Virus record (IMG/VR): IMGVR_UViG_3300037067_016777
Coordinates: 205,106-269,105 of that record
DNA from: a virus
Lineage: Duplodnaviria; Caudoviricetes
Direction: 5' to 3' (one strand)
DNA length: 64,000 nt
The translations under genes and the position numbers were made by a program. The notes under the pieces were generated by a model. The model searched no databases. It was not told the origin of the DNA and saw only the letters and a list, made by a program, of their open reading frames with translations. Shown here in pieces: positions 35,642 through 45,381 of this stretch. The stretch's first letter is position 1. The number at the start of each line of letters is the position of its first letter.

Positions 35642-38600
35642 CAAAACCGACACCAAAATCTTACAAGAATCCAGTTTCGAAAAATGGACGCAAGACAGTA
35701 AATGATGATTCACCGTTCAAATTAGACCCGGCGTTCATAACGAAATTCACAGGCAAAAAGCCTAATTTTGGATATAATGGTCTTGGTGAATTCGTTTTCT
35801 ATCGAACATATTCGCGTCTCAAAGAAGACGGTACTAAGGAGACGTTTGTCGACATGCTGCAACGTGTCGTCGAAGGGTGTTACGAAATTCAGCGCGTATG
35901 GTGCAGCAAGAGTAAGAACGACAAGAATAAGAACAAGAACAAGAGCGATAGTGAGAGCGAGAACGACAAAGAAGAAAACATCGCTTTCGGTGGTATGGCA
36001 TTACCATGGACGCGATCAAAAGCCCAGAAGTCCGCACAAGAAATGTTCCAACGCATGTGGGACTTCAAGTTCCTGCCTCCTGGCCGTGGCCTATGGGTGA
36101 TGGGCACACCGCATATGTGGAAGCTCGGTAGTGCATCGTTGAATAATTGCGGTTTCTGCAGTACCGCAAGTATTGATGAAGATCCAGCATGGCCATTTTG
36201 CTTTGTTATGGATATGTCAATGCTTGGCGTTGGCGTTGGCTTCGACACACGCGGTGCAAACAAAATCACAGTTGTGAAACCGCACGACATAGATACTCCA
36301 TGGGAGATCGAAGATTCACGTGAAGGTTGGGTTGATTCATTACGAGCGTTGATTGAATCATTCACAAACCGCCCAGAACTTGGAACAATTAAGTTCGATT
36401 ATTCTCTTGTGCGGCCTGCTGGGGCTGAGATCAAGGGATTTGGTGGTAAGGCTAGCGGGCCTGATACCTTACACGATTTACACAAGATGGTCGCGCACCA
36501 TTTTACTAATATCCTAAGACGCAAGAGCCAGCTTCTGACTAGCGTTGATATTGTCGACTTTATGAATTTTATCGGCAGATGCGTAGTTGCTGGTAATGTT
36601 CGTAGATCGAGCGAGATTGCATTAGGCGATCCTGCTGATTGGGATTATATGACGATGAAGGATAAGACTCTCCATAGCGAGCAGTTGATGTCTCATCGTT
36701 GGGCGTCAAATAATTCGATTTTTGCTATGGTTGGAATGGACTACCACAACGTAGCAAAGCAGATTGCTGAGAATGGTGAACCTGGATGCTTATGGCTCGA
36801 CAATGTGCAGAATTTTGGTCGTATGGTCGACGGTCGCCAAGAAGGTATCGACAAAAGAGCACTTGGGACAAACCCATGTTTTGCTGGCAATATGCGATTA
36901 ATGACAGCCGAGGGTTATGTGCCATTTGGGGACCTTTGGTACTCTGGCCGACAACAGGAATACTCTAGTCTTGGTAAGAATCCGCTTGAAACCTATGGGA
37001 AGATGCAGGTTGTAAATCGGAATGGTTTGGTCCCAGCAACTAATATATATCGGACCGGTACTGATATTGATTTATTCCGCGTAGGGTTCAGTGATGGATC
37101 TAGCATTGACGCAACAGCGACACATGAATTCATTACTTTAACACGACGACGCTTGCACAAAAAGATGCATTATGGTGAGCGGCGGACATTCTTACGCGAT
37201 TTGAAAGTCGGAGATATGATTCCACTGAATCATACAGTTCACTTTGGGACTTTCCACGATCCCGCTTATGGTGAACTAGCAGGCTGGACGATTGGAGACG
37301 GATCATTATCTCCACAACAAGACGGCCAATTGCGTGGAAAGTGCACTTGTTATGAAGATGACATTAATACTGTGCTGCCAAGACTTAGAGGGTTGATGTT
37401 CGAGCTTTATGCAGCACATAACAAGTCCACAAACCAATCGCCAGCATATGTTGGGTGGCATCGAGAGCAAGAACATTTCGATCACGAAGAAGAAACAATA
37501 GGTTCTAATGTTCTTGGTCGTTTGTTGAGGGCTGACGGTATTGACGTGGGTGCTAAACATGCCGTTCCACGCTCGATCTGGCGTGGTACCCGCGAGACGA
37601 TAGCAGCATTCCTACGTGGCTTTGCGTCTGCTGACGGATATGTACAAATTTCAGACAATGGTACGATAGCGGCTAGAATTTGGCAAGCCAACCAGTTGCT
37701 CTTACTCGACTGCCGTCTCTTGTTATCGCAATTTGGTATTGCTAGCTCTGTCAAGTTCCGCAAAGAAGCAGGGCAACAATTGATGAATGATGGCAATGGC
37801 GGCAAGAAGTTTTATAATTGTAAGGCTGGATATGAATTGATAATTTCTGGCCATAAGCAAGTTGCTGCGTTTCTCGATCAAATCGGGTTTATTCAGCCTG
37901 AGAAAATGGTCGAAGCGCGAAAATGGTTAGCGGAGCACCACGGTTCGAACAATTCGGATACTGGTCGATATGTGCACGTCAAATCGATCGAGCCAATCGG
38001 CAAGGGTGATACTTATTGCTTGACTGAACCTAGCAATCACCAAATAGTGGTTGAGGGCTATCAAGTAGGCAATTGCGGTGAACAGTCGTTGGAAGACGCC
38101 GAGCTCTGTTGCTTGTGTGAGACATTCCCTGCTCATCATGAAGATGCCGAAGACTACCATCGTACGCTGAAATTCGCATACTTATATGCCAAGACAGTCA
38201 CACTGCTGCCGACGCATTGCAAGAAGACCAATGCGGTATTACTACGCAATAGACGTATCGGCTTATCGCAGAGCGGAATCATTCAAGCATTCGCTAAGTT
38301 TGGCCGCCGCAAGGTTCTCACCGATTTCTGCGGCAGAGGGTATGAAGTCGTTTGCAAATGGGACGAAATCTACTCTGAGTGGTTGTGTGTGAGCAAATCG
38401 CTCAAACGCACTAGTGTTAAGCCGAGTGGCTCGGTATCATTATTGGCCGGTGCTACTGCTGGTATCCATTTTACAATCGCACCAACGCGATCGTATTGGC
38501 GTAATGTCCGTGTTTCCAGCGAGAGTGCACTGCTCAAGGCGGTTATCGAAGCAGGGTATCATGTCGAAGAGTGCATCACAGACAACAAGACCAGCATCGT

Positions 38601-38964
38601 GCGTTTTGGTGTATCAGAACCAGACATCCCATCGGTGTGCGAAATTTCGATCTGGCAGCAGATGAAGAATGCTGTTGATTATCAACGATATTGGGCCGAC
38701 AATCAGATATCATGCACAATCCAATTCAGGCCAGAAGAAGCGAAGGATTTGCCATACGTCTTGGAAGAGTTCGATGATGAATTAAAGGGTATTAGTTTCT
38801 TGCCTTATCTCGATCATGGCTTTCCACAAGCACCATATCAACCAGCGACAGCAACAGAAGTGATAGCATATAATTCGAAGTTGAAGCCGCTTAACTTCGA
38901 TAAATACTTTATGGAAGATGCTGTCGGGACGAAATTCTGCGATGGCGACGTTTGCCAAATTTAA
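35623..38964 (+). CDS. nrdJ: Class II (adenosylcobalamin-dependent) ribonucleoside-triphosphate reductase with an intein
   Basis: YRTYSR, FLPPGRGLW, VAGNVRRS, spliced TNP|CGEQ, VKPSGSVS and C-terminal FCDGDVC. GTG 35623 has an SD (ORF track 35608). Confidence 0.9.
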   Translation: MPTTTIAKPTPKSYKNPVSKNGRKTVNDDSPFKLDPAFITKFTGKKPNFGYNGLGEFVFYRTYSRLKEDGTKETFVDMLQRVVEGCYEIQRVWCSKSKNDKNKNKNKSDSESENDKEENIAFGGMALPWTRSKAQKSAQEMFQRMWDFKFLPPGRGLWVMGTPHMWKLGSASLNNCGFCSTASIDEDPAWPFCFVMDMSMLGVGVGFDTRGANKITVVKPHDIDTPWEIEDSREGWVDSLRALIESFTNRPELGTIKFDYSLVRPAGAEIKGFGGKASGPDTLHDLHKMVAHHFTNILRRKSQLLTSVDIVDFMNFIGRCVVAGNVRRSSEIALGDPADWDYMTMKDKTLHSEQLMSHRWASNNSIFAMVGMDYHNVAKQIAENGEPGCLWLDNVQNFGRMVDGRQEGIDKRALGTNPCFAGNMRLMTAEGYVPFGDLWYSGRQQEYSSLGKNPLETYGKMQVVNRNGLVPATNIYRTGTDIDLFRVGFSDGSSIDATATHEFITLTRRRLHKKMHYGERRTFLRDLKVGDMIPLNHTVHFGTFHDPAYGELAGWTIGDGSLSPQQDGQLRGKCTCYEDDINTVLPRLRGLMFELYAAHNKSTNQSPAYVGWHREQEHFDHEEETIGSNVLGRLLRADGIDVGAKHAVPRSIWRGTRETIAAFLRGFASADGYVQISDNGTIAARIWQANQLLLLDCRLLLSQFGIASSVKFRKEAGQQLMNDGNGGKKFYNCKAGYELIISGHKQVAAFLDQIGFIQPEKMVEARKWLAEHHGSNNSDTGRYVHVKSIEPIGKGDTYCLTEPSNHQIVVEGYQVGNCGEQSLEDAELCCLCETFPAHHEDAEDYHRTLKFAYLYAKTVTLLPTHCKKTNAVLLRNRRIGLSQSGIIQAFAKFGRRKVLTDFCGRGYEVVCKWDEIYSEWLCVSKSLKRTSVKPSGSVSLLAGATAGIHFTIAPTRSYWRNVRVSSESALLKAVIEAGYHVEECITDNKTSIVRFGVSEPDIPSVCEISIWQQMKNAVDYQRYWADNQISCTIQFRPEEAKDLPYVLEEFDDELKGISFLPYLDHGFPQAPYQPATATEVIAYNSKLKPLNFDKYFMEDAVGTKFCDGDVCQI
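36877..38073 (+). mobile_element. Intein with LAGLIDADG homing endonuclease (399 aa) at the RNR active-site cysteine
   Basis: Begins CFAGNMRLMT; block B ATATHEF; LAGWTIGDG and FLRGFASADG; ends TYCLTEP...VGN before Cys+1. Confidence 0.9.
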
Positions 38965-39134
38965 TGACTTCTAAAGATAAAGAATCGCTAATCGAGTTAA
39001 TAACTTGGTATAGAGGTGAATACCATCAGATAGATTGTAACCATAGCGAGCTAATTGAGAAAATTAGAGCAACCGATGATGATAAGTTGCTACATATATA
39101 CGAGAAGATTGTTGATGGTTGGTTTGATTATTAG
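38964..39134 (+). CDS. Small hypothetical protein
   Basis: TAATG stop/start overlap with nrdJ. Confidence 0.5.
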   Translation: MTSKDKESLIELITWYRGEYHQIDCNHSELIEKIRATDDDKLLHIYEKIVDGWFDY

Positions 39135-42130
39135 AATAGTTTCATCTGCCCTGGCAAATCTTTAGTCTTTTTCGGTTTTGGTCGATGAAACCGAGATTTG
39201 ATGAACTTCTCGCCCTCGACACTACCGTCGCGAAATATGACTTTAGAGACATAACCAGCCGCCACAGCAGCTTTAAATCGCTTACGCGAATGTGCATAGA
39301 GATATTTGTTGCATAAGAAATAAATATCGAATATTCTGGCACTGCCCTTTTGATTAATTCTGGCCGCTCTGGCCACACGCTGTTTGAATTCTGATGCTAG
39401 CTTTCCACCAGTTGCTAATATCAAATTCTCACAACCGCCTTTTAGATCTAGTCCACGCCGGACGTTTTTGCCTCCAATTAACACTTTTAGTTTGCGGGAT
39501 TCAAATGCTTGTAATATCTCTGGTCTTCTTTTCCTCGATGTTTTACCGTGGATGAATTCTGAATCTGGGATTAGACGCTGTAGAGCGTATCCGAGGTCGT
39601 CGCGTTCGACAAGAATTAGAGTACCCTCATCAGTGAATCGTTTGCATAATGCAGCGATGAAACGATGAAACTTGTCGTTATGAACCATCATTTCATCGAC
39701 CGCTATATCAAACGCAGAAGCATCATCCTTATTACTGCCTTCACCGAAAGCTAAAGCAAAGTATTCTATCGGAACAATTAGACCAGTCTTCTCAACACTC
39801 TCTCTGTCTTGAGAATAGATGACAGATCCAAGATGTTCTTGTAGAACTAAATTTTCTACTGGTTTATCTGCATCATAGGGTGTACCAGTCATACCATAGC
39901 GTCTTCGGCCTTTGAACCAATATTTAAATAGATTTTTATATGTTGATGAAGTAGCTAGATCACAATTATGTACAAGTAGACCATTTGCTTCAAAACTTTC
40001 TGAATTTTTAACAGTGAAGTCAATCAGTCTGCATTTTTTACTATTCTTGACACTAACAACTTTCTCAACAGCGAAACTGTCTAAGCTAACATCTACAATT
40101 GGTATTTTGAGTTTCTCTATTATACTAGTAGTATAATTTCTCCATAGTTGATTATCGCCTTTTTTGATAGTGTACCAAGTAACTATTAGTGTTCGGCCAG
40201 CATGTTTGCTTACTTTTTCATATGATATACCAAGTTGATTTTTTGCGTCTGTGTACGAATTGATTTGTACAGATTGGCAAAATCGATTTATTTTATTTTG
40301 CCAATCAATCAAACGTTTTAAGCTGACATTATTGCGGTGATCTATTTGCTTTATTCCAAGTATCGAATATAATTTGTGCTTCTTTATTCCAGATTCAAGC
40401 CATCTATCAACATACTGCCCGTAGTTGATATATCGTTCGCTGTCTTTTATATTGTTATAACAAGTTTCTATTCTTTTTTGTTTTCGTGCGAAGCCAAATC
40501 CAATTCTATCTCTGAATTTTATGAAATTTTCGCCAACTATTAGTAGTCTATATAATGTTTTGTGTTTTTTGTTTGTGCGTTTATTACCAATATAAATAGA
40601 CGAACCTATTCCAATATAACTTAACAAAGACTGTATCAACTGTACTATTGGTAGATCTATACTACCAAAAATTGCCTTATCTCTGTACCCAGAACCTTCT
40701 GAATCTAGCAGTCCTCTTATCAAGTTTATAGCTGCATTAGTATCTGGTATAACAAAGCCTGGGTGCATATAGCCCATTTTGCGACCTGGGCTAAATCCTA
40801 GCGATTTCAGCCAATCACATAATTCTTCTGATTTAATCCGAAGCGTAAGATCGCCACGCTTGTTTTCGCGTTCTAATATAGACCCACGCCAAACGTTTGT
40901 AATAGCGGCAGCGATATTTGACCAGTCTTTTTTATCCTTTCGCACTGCAAATCTGATGCTTGTGTTGCTCAGGAAATGACCATCTCCAATAAACAAACCG
41001 AGATGATACCACTTATTCCTTGAATTGATATTGTGTTTTTTATGGTTTATCGAGCCTCTGCTTGTGAGAAGTAAATCTCCACATTGTAAATCTCCGGCAT
41101 GTGCGTCTCTCCTAAAACCATCAAATGTTGCTATTGGATGATTATCAGAGCAGATTAACTTACGACCAACGTTGGTAGTAATTTCTATTGCTTGGCCATT
41201 TTTCGCATGTGTCGCAATTATTGGAAATGTTTTTGAGCCGACTTTAGCCTTTACGATAACACCAGAAGAAACTAAATTGTATAATGTTTTGGCTGGCATT
41301 ACTCCTAGATCTGTACCTATCCAGGTATCTTCATGTACGCATTCATCAACCAATAACATTTCACAAGCGCCAATTAATTTATGTAACGCTTCTGCTTTCT
41401 TGGCTCTGCTGCGAAATGCCTTGATTTTTATCTCGTAATTTTTAAGTGCTTTTTCGAATTTCTTTTTAGCAGTCCCCGATTTACTATCTTTGAAGTTTTC
41501 TTGTAGTGGTTTTTCTGGTTTTTGTTTTGGTTTGACAAGTGATTGAATTGAGCCGATGATAATTAATTGCCCGTTTGGCATTTTACCAGCATAAAACAAT
41601 CCTGGCTCTGAGCAGACATCTCGTAGATGTAATCTCTGTTTTAGTTGCTCTATAACTTGGATCTGCTCAGCAATAATTGCTGTCGGGCATGGTAATGCTT
41701 TACAAATACCAGTTATTAGTTCGCCCTTTCCGCCGCCCATAGTGACATTTATAATCCCTACTTCTGTCCTATAAATTGTTTTGATAGCGTCGATTTGGAA
41801 TGGTTTTAATTTGATGCCGGGCAAGAAATCTTCATCGATTAATGATATATCGATAGGTTTGTATTTTGTTTTTGGGCGCTTGTCCTGGACCGCTAACGCT
41901 AAATCCTTTTCTTTACATAACGCACGCAGCTCGCCAAGAAACGGCCTAGCTAGCGTTTTGTTGGCTATATTGAATTTATGGTATATCCCATCCCAAGCTG
42001 ATCCACCGCTACAATCGATAAACCGGGCATTTGGTCGAGATGCACTGAATCGCTTATCTATTATTTCTTCTTCCCATACGGTCAGATTGGATAATTGTAT
42101 AGTTTTATTAGTTAATATCGTTGCAATCAT
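39131..42130 (-). CDS. UvsW-like superfamily 2 helicase with an intein
   Basis: LKPFQ Q-motif, GGGKG motif I, spliced VDE|CD motif II, GMTGTP motif III, GLDL motif V, QRVARAAR motif VI. Confidence 0.8.
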   Translation of the reverse strand: MIATILTNKTIQLSNLTVWEEEIIDKRFSASRPNARFIDCSGGSAWDGIYHKFNIANKTLARPFLGELRALCKEKDLALAVQDKRPKTKYKPIDISLIDEDFLPGIKLKPFQIDAIKTIYRTEVGIINVTMGGGKGELITGICKALPCPTAIIAEQIQVIEQLKQRLHLRDVCSEPGLFYAGKMPNGQLIIIGSIQSLVKPKQKPEKPLQENFKDSKSGTAKKKFEKALKNYEIKIKAFRSRAKKAEALHKLIGACEMLLVDECVHEDTWIGTDLGVMPAKTLYNLVSSGVIVKAKVGSKTFPIIATHAKNGQAIEITTNVGRKLICSDNHPIATFDGFRRDAHAGDLQCGDLLLTSRGSINHKKHNINSRNKWYHLGLFIGDGHFLSNTSIRFAVRKDKKDWSNIAAAITNVWRGSILERENKRGDLTLRIKSEELCDWLKSLGFSPGRKMGYMHPGFVIPDTNAAINLIRGLLDSEGSGYRDKAIFGSIDLPIVQLIQSLLSYIGIGSSIYIGNKRTNKKHKTLYRLLIVGENFIKFRDRIGFGFARKQKRIETCYNNIKDSERYINYGQYVDRWLESGIKKHKLYSILGIKQIDHRNNVSLKRLIDWQNKINRFCQSVQINSYTDAKNQLGISYEKVSKHAGRTLIVTWYTIKKGDNQLWRNYTTSIIEKLKIPIVDVSLDSFAVEKVVSVKNSKKCRLIDFTVKNSESFEANGLLVHNCDLATSSTYKNLFKYWFKGRRRYGMTGTPYDADKPVENLVLQEHLGSVIYSQDRESVEKTGLIVPIEYFALAFGEGSNKDDASAFDIAVDEMMVHNDKFHRFIAALCKRFTDEGTLILVERDDLGYALQRLIPDSEFIHGKTSRKRRPEILQAFESRKLKVLIGGKNVRRGLDLKGGCENLILATGGKLASEFKQRVARAARINQKGSARIFDIYFLCNKYLYAHSRKRFKAAVAAGYVSKVIFRDGSVEGEKFIKSRFHRPKPKKTKDLPGQMKLF
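39965..41341 (-). mobile_element. Intein with LAGLIDADG homing endonuclease (459 aa) in helicase motif II
   Basis: Begins CVHEDTWI; CSDNHP block B; LGLFIGDG and LIRGLLDSEG; ends DFTV...FEANGLLVHN before Cys+1. Confidence 0.9.
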
Positions 42131-42150
42131 ATAAATGAATTACTATTATT

Positions 42151-42639
42151 TTAGAATAGTTTTCTGCCGATAAATTGCTGCACTAAATCGATATCTTCAG
42201 CGTGCATTGTTTCGTGTGGGTCATATACAGTTCTAAATTTCCCCTTCGGTAGATAAAATCTATTAGCTATATACTCTAAACCGTCTGCGAGTGGAGTGTC
42301 ATCGCCATGGAGAATTACCCAGCCATACTTATCTTTAGATATTCTACCGCGTGGCAATCCTTGATAGGCTTGTGAGATATCGAATGGTGCTTTACTATCA
42401 TTCATATTCAATAAAGTTGAACACCATTTTTCCCATATTTCTTTATGCCACGCTGCGCCATCGAATTCCTCGTCGAAGAAAGCCGAAAGACGCCAGTCAT
42501 TTTTTGCCGGGCACCACCAATAAATGCCTGTTTTAGGCTCTCGTGATTCTTTAAGTATCTGGCTCTGCATATCGAGGCGTATAGATTCGCGCATGCCAAT
42601 ATTATCTGGATACTTGACATTTAATTCATTTAAGTGCAT
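42151..42639 (-). CDS. Hypothetical protein
   Basis: ATG 42639 has SD AGGA (the ORF-track start at 42732 overlaps the next gene); contains a LPRGRI motif. Confidence 0.55.
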   Translation of the reverse strand: MHLNELNVKYPDNIGMRESIRLDMQSQILKESREPKTGIYWWCPAKNDWRLSAFFDEEFDGAAWHKEIWEKWCSTLLNMNDSKAPFDISQAYQGLPRGRISKDKYGWVILHGDDTPLADGLEYIANRFYLPKGKFRTVYDPHETMHAEDIDLVQQFIGRKLF

Positions 42640-42706
42640 ATAGTTCCTGTCTCTACTAATAAAATACAGTTGGTGTTTGTAAGTAAATATTTTCGGAGGG
42701 CTGATT

Positions 42707-43747
42707 ATGCTAATTGAAGAAGATCTCGACATTACAGATTTAGAGGAATTATCTGAATTCCAAACAGAGGATATAGAAACAGAGGATGTTCTGCCTGATG
42801 ACCCTGGTCTGCTTTCAAAGAAACATTATTTTATCAACGAGATAGTAGAAGACCGACTACGACGATATATTTGGACAAATTGTACTGATGTTGCTATACG
42901 AGATTCTATAATGACTCACGCACCAGAGCTGATAAAGCAGATCATACGTAAGCAGAATCTGCATATGATTTATCCTGGCCAGGAAGAGTCTGCTTTTGGC
43001 GATTTAGTCCAAACAGCATGGGTTCAAGTTGAACGAACACTATATAAATTCAGAGCAAAACCGCATTGTAGGGTATGCTATAATCCAGATAGACCAGTTA
43101 GCTCGGCTTTATACCTACCGGCCGAATCAGAATATGGTATTATTACTTTTGATGAATTATTCGATCCAAAATATAATCCTCCAGGTAGTAAGAAACTTGT
43201 TATTTGTCGAAATGGTAGAAATCCACCAAAATGCCCATATTGCGGGGCTGTTTTGAGTGCACACCCAGATGTTGAACCAAAGCAAGGTACATTTGGCGGC
43301 TCAGTGACGGTCTTATACAGAGGAAATTCTAAAGTTTTTAACATGTGGTCTCAGGTCAGCCGTACCGTAATTTTGGCTTTTGTGAAGAAGGAGGGGCGCG
43401 ACAGGAAGAATGCCACTGCGTACAAGGATCATCTCTGTAGTGCGACTAAAGTCGATGAGGATCGTCTAAAGAGATTCTTCTTGGAGGTATCGCAACTTTG
43501 CAAACATAATAAAGATCACATGAGATGCGTAGAGGCGTTATACCATGTGATTAAGAAAGACGACAAACCATATGATGGGTTAATTGGAAAATTGGTGGAG
43601 CATTCAGGATTATCACGCATTCAAGTCAATAGTTTTATTAGATTGATAAGGCTTCGCAGTCATGAATTCACCGATTCTCCGCTTAGCCACGAGAGCGAAC
43701 ACGATAAGCAGTTGAAGAAACAATTCCTTTGTCAAGGTGAAGAATAA
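42707..43747 (+). CDS. Late-transcription sigma factor (T4 gp55-like) with a Zn-ribbon insertion
   Basis: KHYFINE, DLVQ.A....LYKF and KVFNMWSQVSRTVILAFVKKE resemble gp55 region 2; lies upstream of the terminase module. Confidence 0.55.
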   Translation: MLIEEDLDITDLEELSEFQTEDIETEDVLPDDPGLLSKKHYFINEIVEDRLRRYIWTNCTDVAIRDSIMTHAPELIKQIIRKQNLHMIYPGQEESAFGDLVQTAWVQVERTLYKFRAKPHCRVCYNPDRPVSSALYLPAESEYGIITFDELFDPKYNPPGSKKLVICRNGRNPPKCPYCGAVLSAHPDVEPKQGTFGGSVTVLYRGNSKVFNMWSQVSRTVILAFVKKEGRDRKNATAYKDHLCSATKVDEDRLKRFFLEVSQLCKHNKDHMRCVEALYHVIKKDDKPYDGLIGKLVEHSGLSRIQVNSFIRLIRLRSHEFTDSPLSHESEHDKQLKKQFLCQGEE

Positions 43748-43749
43748 TT

Positions 43750-44811
43750 ATGCCAAACTTTGCATCGCCATTTTCGGAGCCTCTGAATGGCAGGAAATTG
43801 ACTACTGAAGAGCTTATCAGGGCTATTCGTTTCGTTATAGCCGCTGAATATGAAGCGGCACAGATGTATATGCAAGTTGTCGAGGCAACAGACAATGAAC
43901 TTGTCAAGAAAGTACTGACGAGTGTGACTGATGAAGAGCGTGTACATGCCGGTGAATTCCTTAAAGTACTACACGAACTCGCACCAGATGAAGCAGAACA
44001 CTATAAAGAGGGTGAGAAGGAAGTCAAGAAAGAAACGAAATCGGTAAGTGAAAGTGTTGAGATAAAACCAATTAAGGTATCGATAACAGAAAATCCAAAT
44101 GGTGTCAGTGGGTCAGTGTTGGTTGTTTATGATGGTAAGACACACAGGGCTAATTGGCGGCAGGATGAGACGTTGAGTAGAGTTGTTGGAGATGAATATT
44201 TATTGAAAGCTGTAATGACTGCTTGGGAAGGTGTGAATGAGTTCTCCTTGACTGAAAGAGAGCTTGAGCAACGTGGTGGTGGTTGGTGGTCTCCAAGGCC
44301 AGTAGTGGAATCGGCTGAGACATCCAAAGATAACTGCCCTATCTGTAATGAAAAGCCAGTTTCTCGATGCCGATGTGGCAATATCATCAAGCATACCGCC
44401 GAGGATCTCGAAAGAGGTCACGGGTTGCGTTGCCCTAATGGACATATCTGGTCTTACCAAACTACAGATAATAAACTGCTTCTTGGTGTTGATCTTAATA
44501 TGTGCTGTGATGCAACGCCTGTTAGTGAATCAGTCAAGAATATATTGCGGATGATTGATGAGAAAACGATAACTGTCGATGATTTCAATCGGTTTATTAT
44601 GGAGACGAGCCCGACAAGCATTAATAAGCGAGTACAAAGACAATTACGGCCGGCTAGGATAGGCCCGCAAGTCTCAAATCCAGAACAAAAGGTCGACAAT
44701 AAAACAGACCACGAACCAGCAGATCATAATGATCCTACCACTACATCGCGTGGTAGGCGTGCGCTGCGCAAGCAAATTAAACAAAATAAGACACACCCAG
44801 AACAATTTTAA
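43750..44811 (+). CDS. Ferritin-like (rubrerythrin / encapsulin-cargo type) domain fused to unknown and Zn-binding domains
   Basis: ELIRAIRF.IAAEYEA.Q.Y...VL....DEERVHAGEF with di-iron-type ligands; later CPIC...CRC...CPNGH. Confidence 0.75.
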   Translation: MPNFASPFSEPLNGRKLTTEELIRAIRFVIAAEYEAAQMYMQVVEATDNELVKKVLTSVTDEERVHAGEFLKVLHELAPDEAEHYKEGEKEVKKETKSVSESVEIKPIKVSITENPNGVSGSVLVVYDGKTHRANWRQDETLSRVVGDEYLLKAVMTAWEGVNEFSLTERELEQRGGGWWSPRPVVESAETSKDNCPICNEKPVSRCRCGNIIKHTAEDLERGHGLRCPNGHIWSYQTTDNKLLLGVDLNMCCDATPVSESVKNILRMIDEKTITVDDFNRFIMETSPTSINKRVQRQLRPARIGPQVSNPEQKVDNKTDHEPADHNDPTTTSRGRRALRKQIKQNKTHPEQF

Positions 44812-44823
44812 TATAGAAATTCT

Positions 44824-45381
44824 ATGTCCGAAGAAGACCAAGTGCAGTCTGAAGATGATGAATTACAATCGTTATTATCAGAATTAACAACTGGCGATAC
44901 TACGTTGAACGATACTATCCAAGAAGATATTCCTAATATTGATATACCTGTTGTTCCAGATCCTGAATTTAGCGAACTAACGACAGATTTAGAGCAGGCC
45001 GAGCCACCCAATCTATTAATAGAATCCACTACGACAAATGTTTCCGATCTTAAGGAGATTGTTGAGAAATTTGATCATGATTACGGTGAGGTTCAAGCCA
45101 ACCTCAAAAAAGATCGCACTAAGATTGATACAGTTATAGATATTTTGTTGCAACGAGTTAGAGCCCACAACGATGCTGAAACAGACACGATGTCGTTAGT
45201 TAAGGCTCTCGATGTTTTATCTAATACTAACGGTCACTCTATAAAATTGCTTGACTCACGCTCGAAATTACTATCTGCTACTAAAATCGCTATCACCGCT
45301 AATCAGACTAATGTTAATATTGGTGGTAGCGATGGCGATTGGGCTAAGATATTAAATCAACCGCCAGAGGAAGATGAATAA
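44824..45381 (+). CDS. Putative terminase small subunit
   Basis: Helical protein with an acidic N-terminus; TAATG overlap with TerL; assignment is by position only. Confidence 0.45.
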   Translation: MSEEDQVQSEDDELQSLLSELTTGDTTLNDTIQEDIPNIDIPVVPDPEFSELTTDLEQAEPPNLLIESTTTNVSDLKEIVEKFDHDYGEVQANLKKDRTKIDTVIDILLQRVRAHNDAETDTMSLVKALDVLSNTNGHSIKLLDSRSKLLSATKIAITANQTNVNIGGSDGDWAKILNQPPEEDE

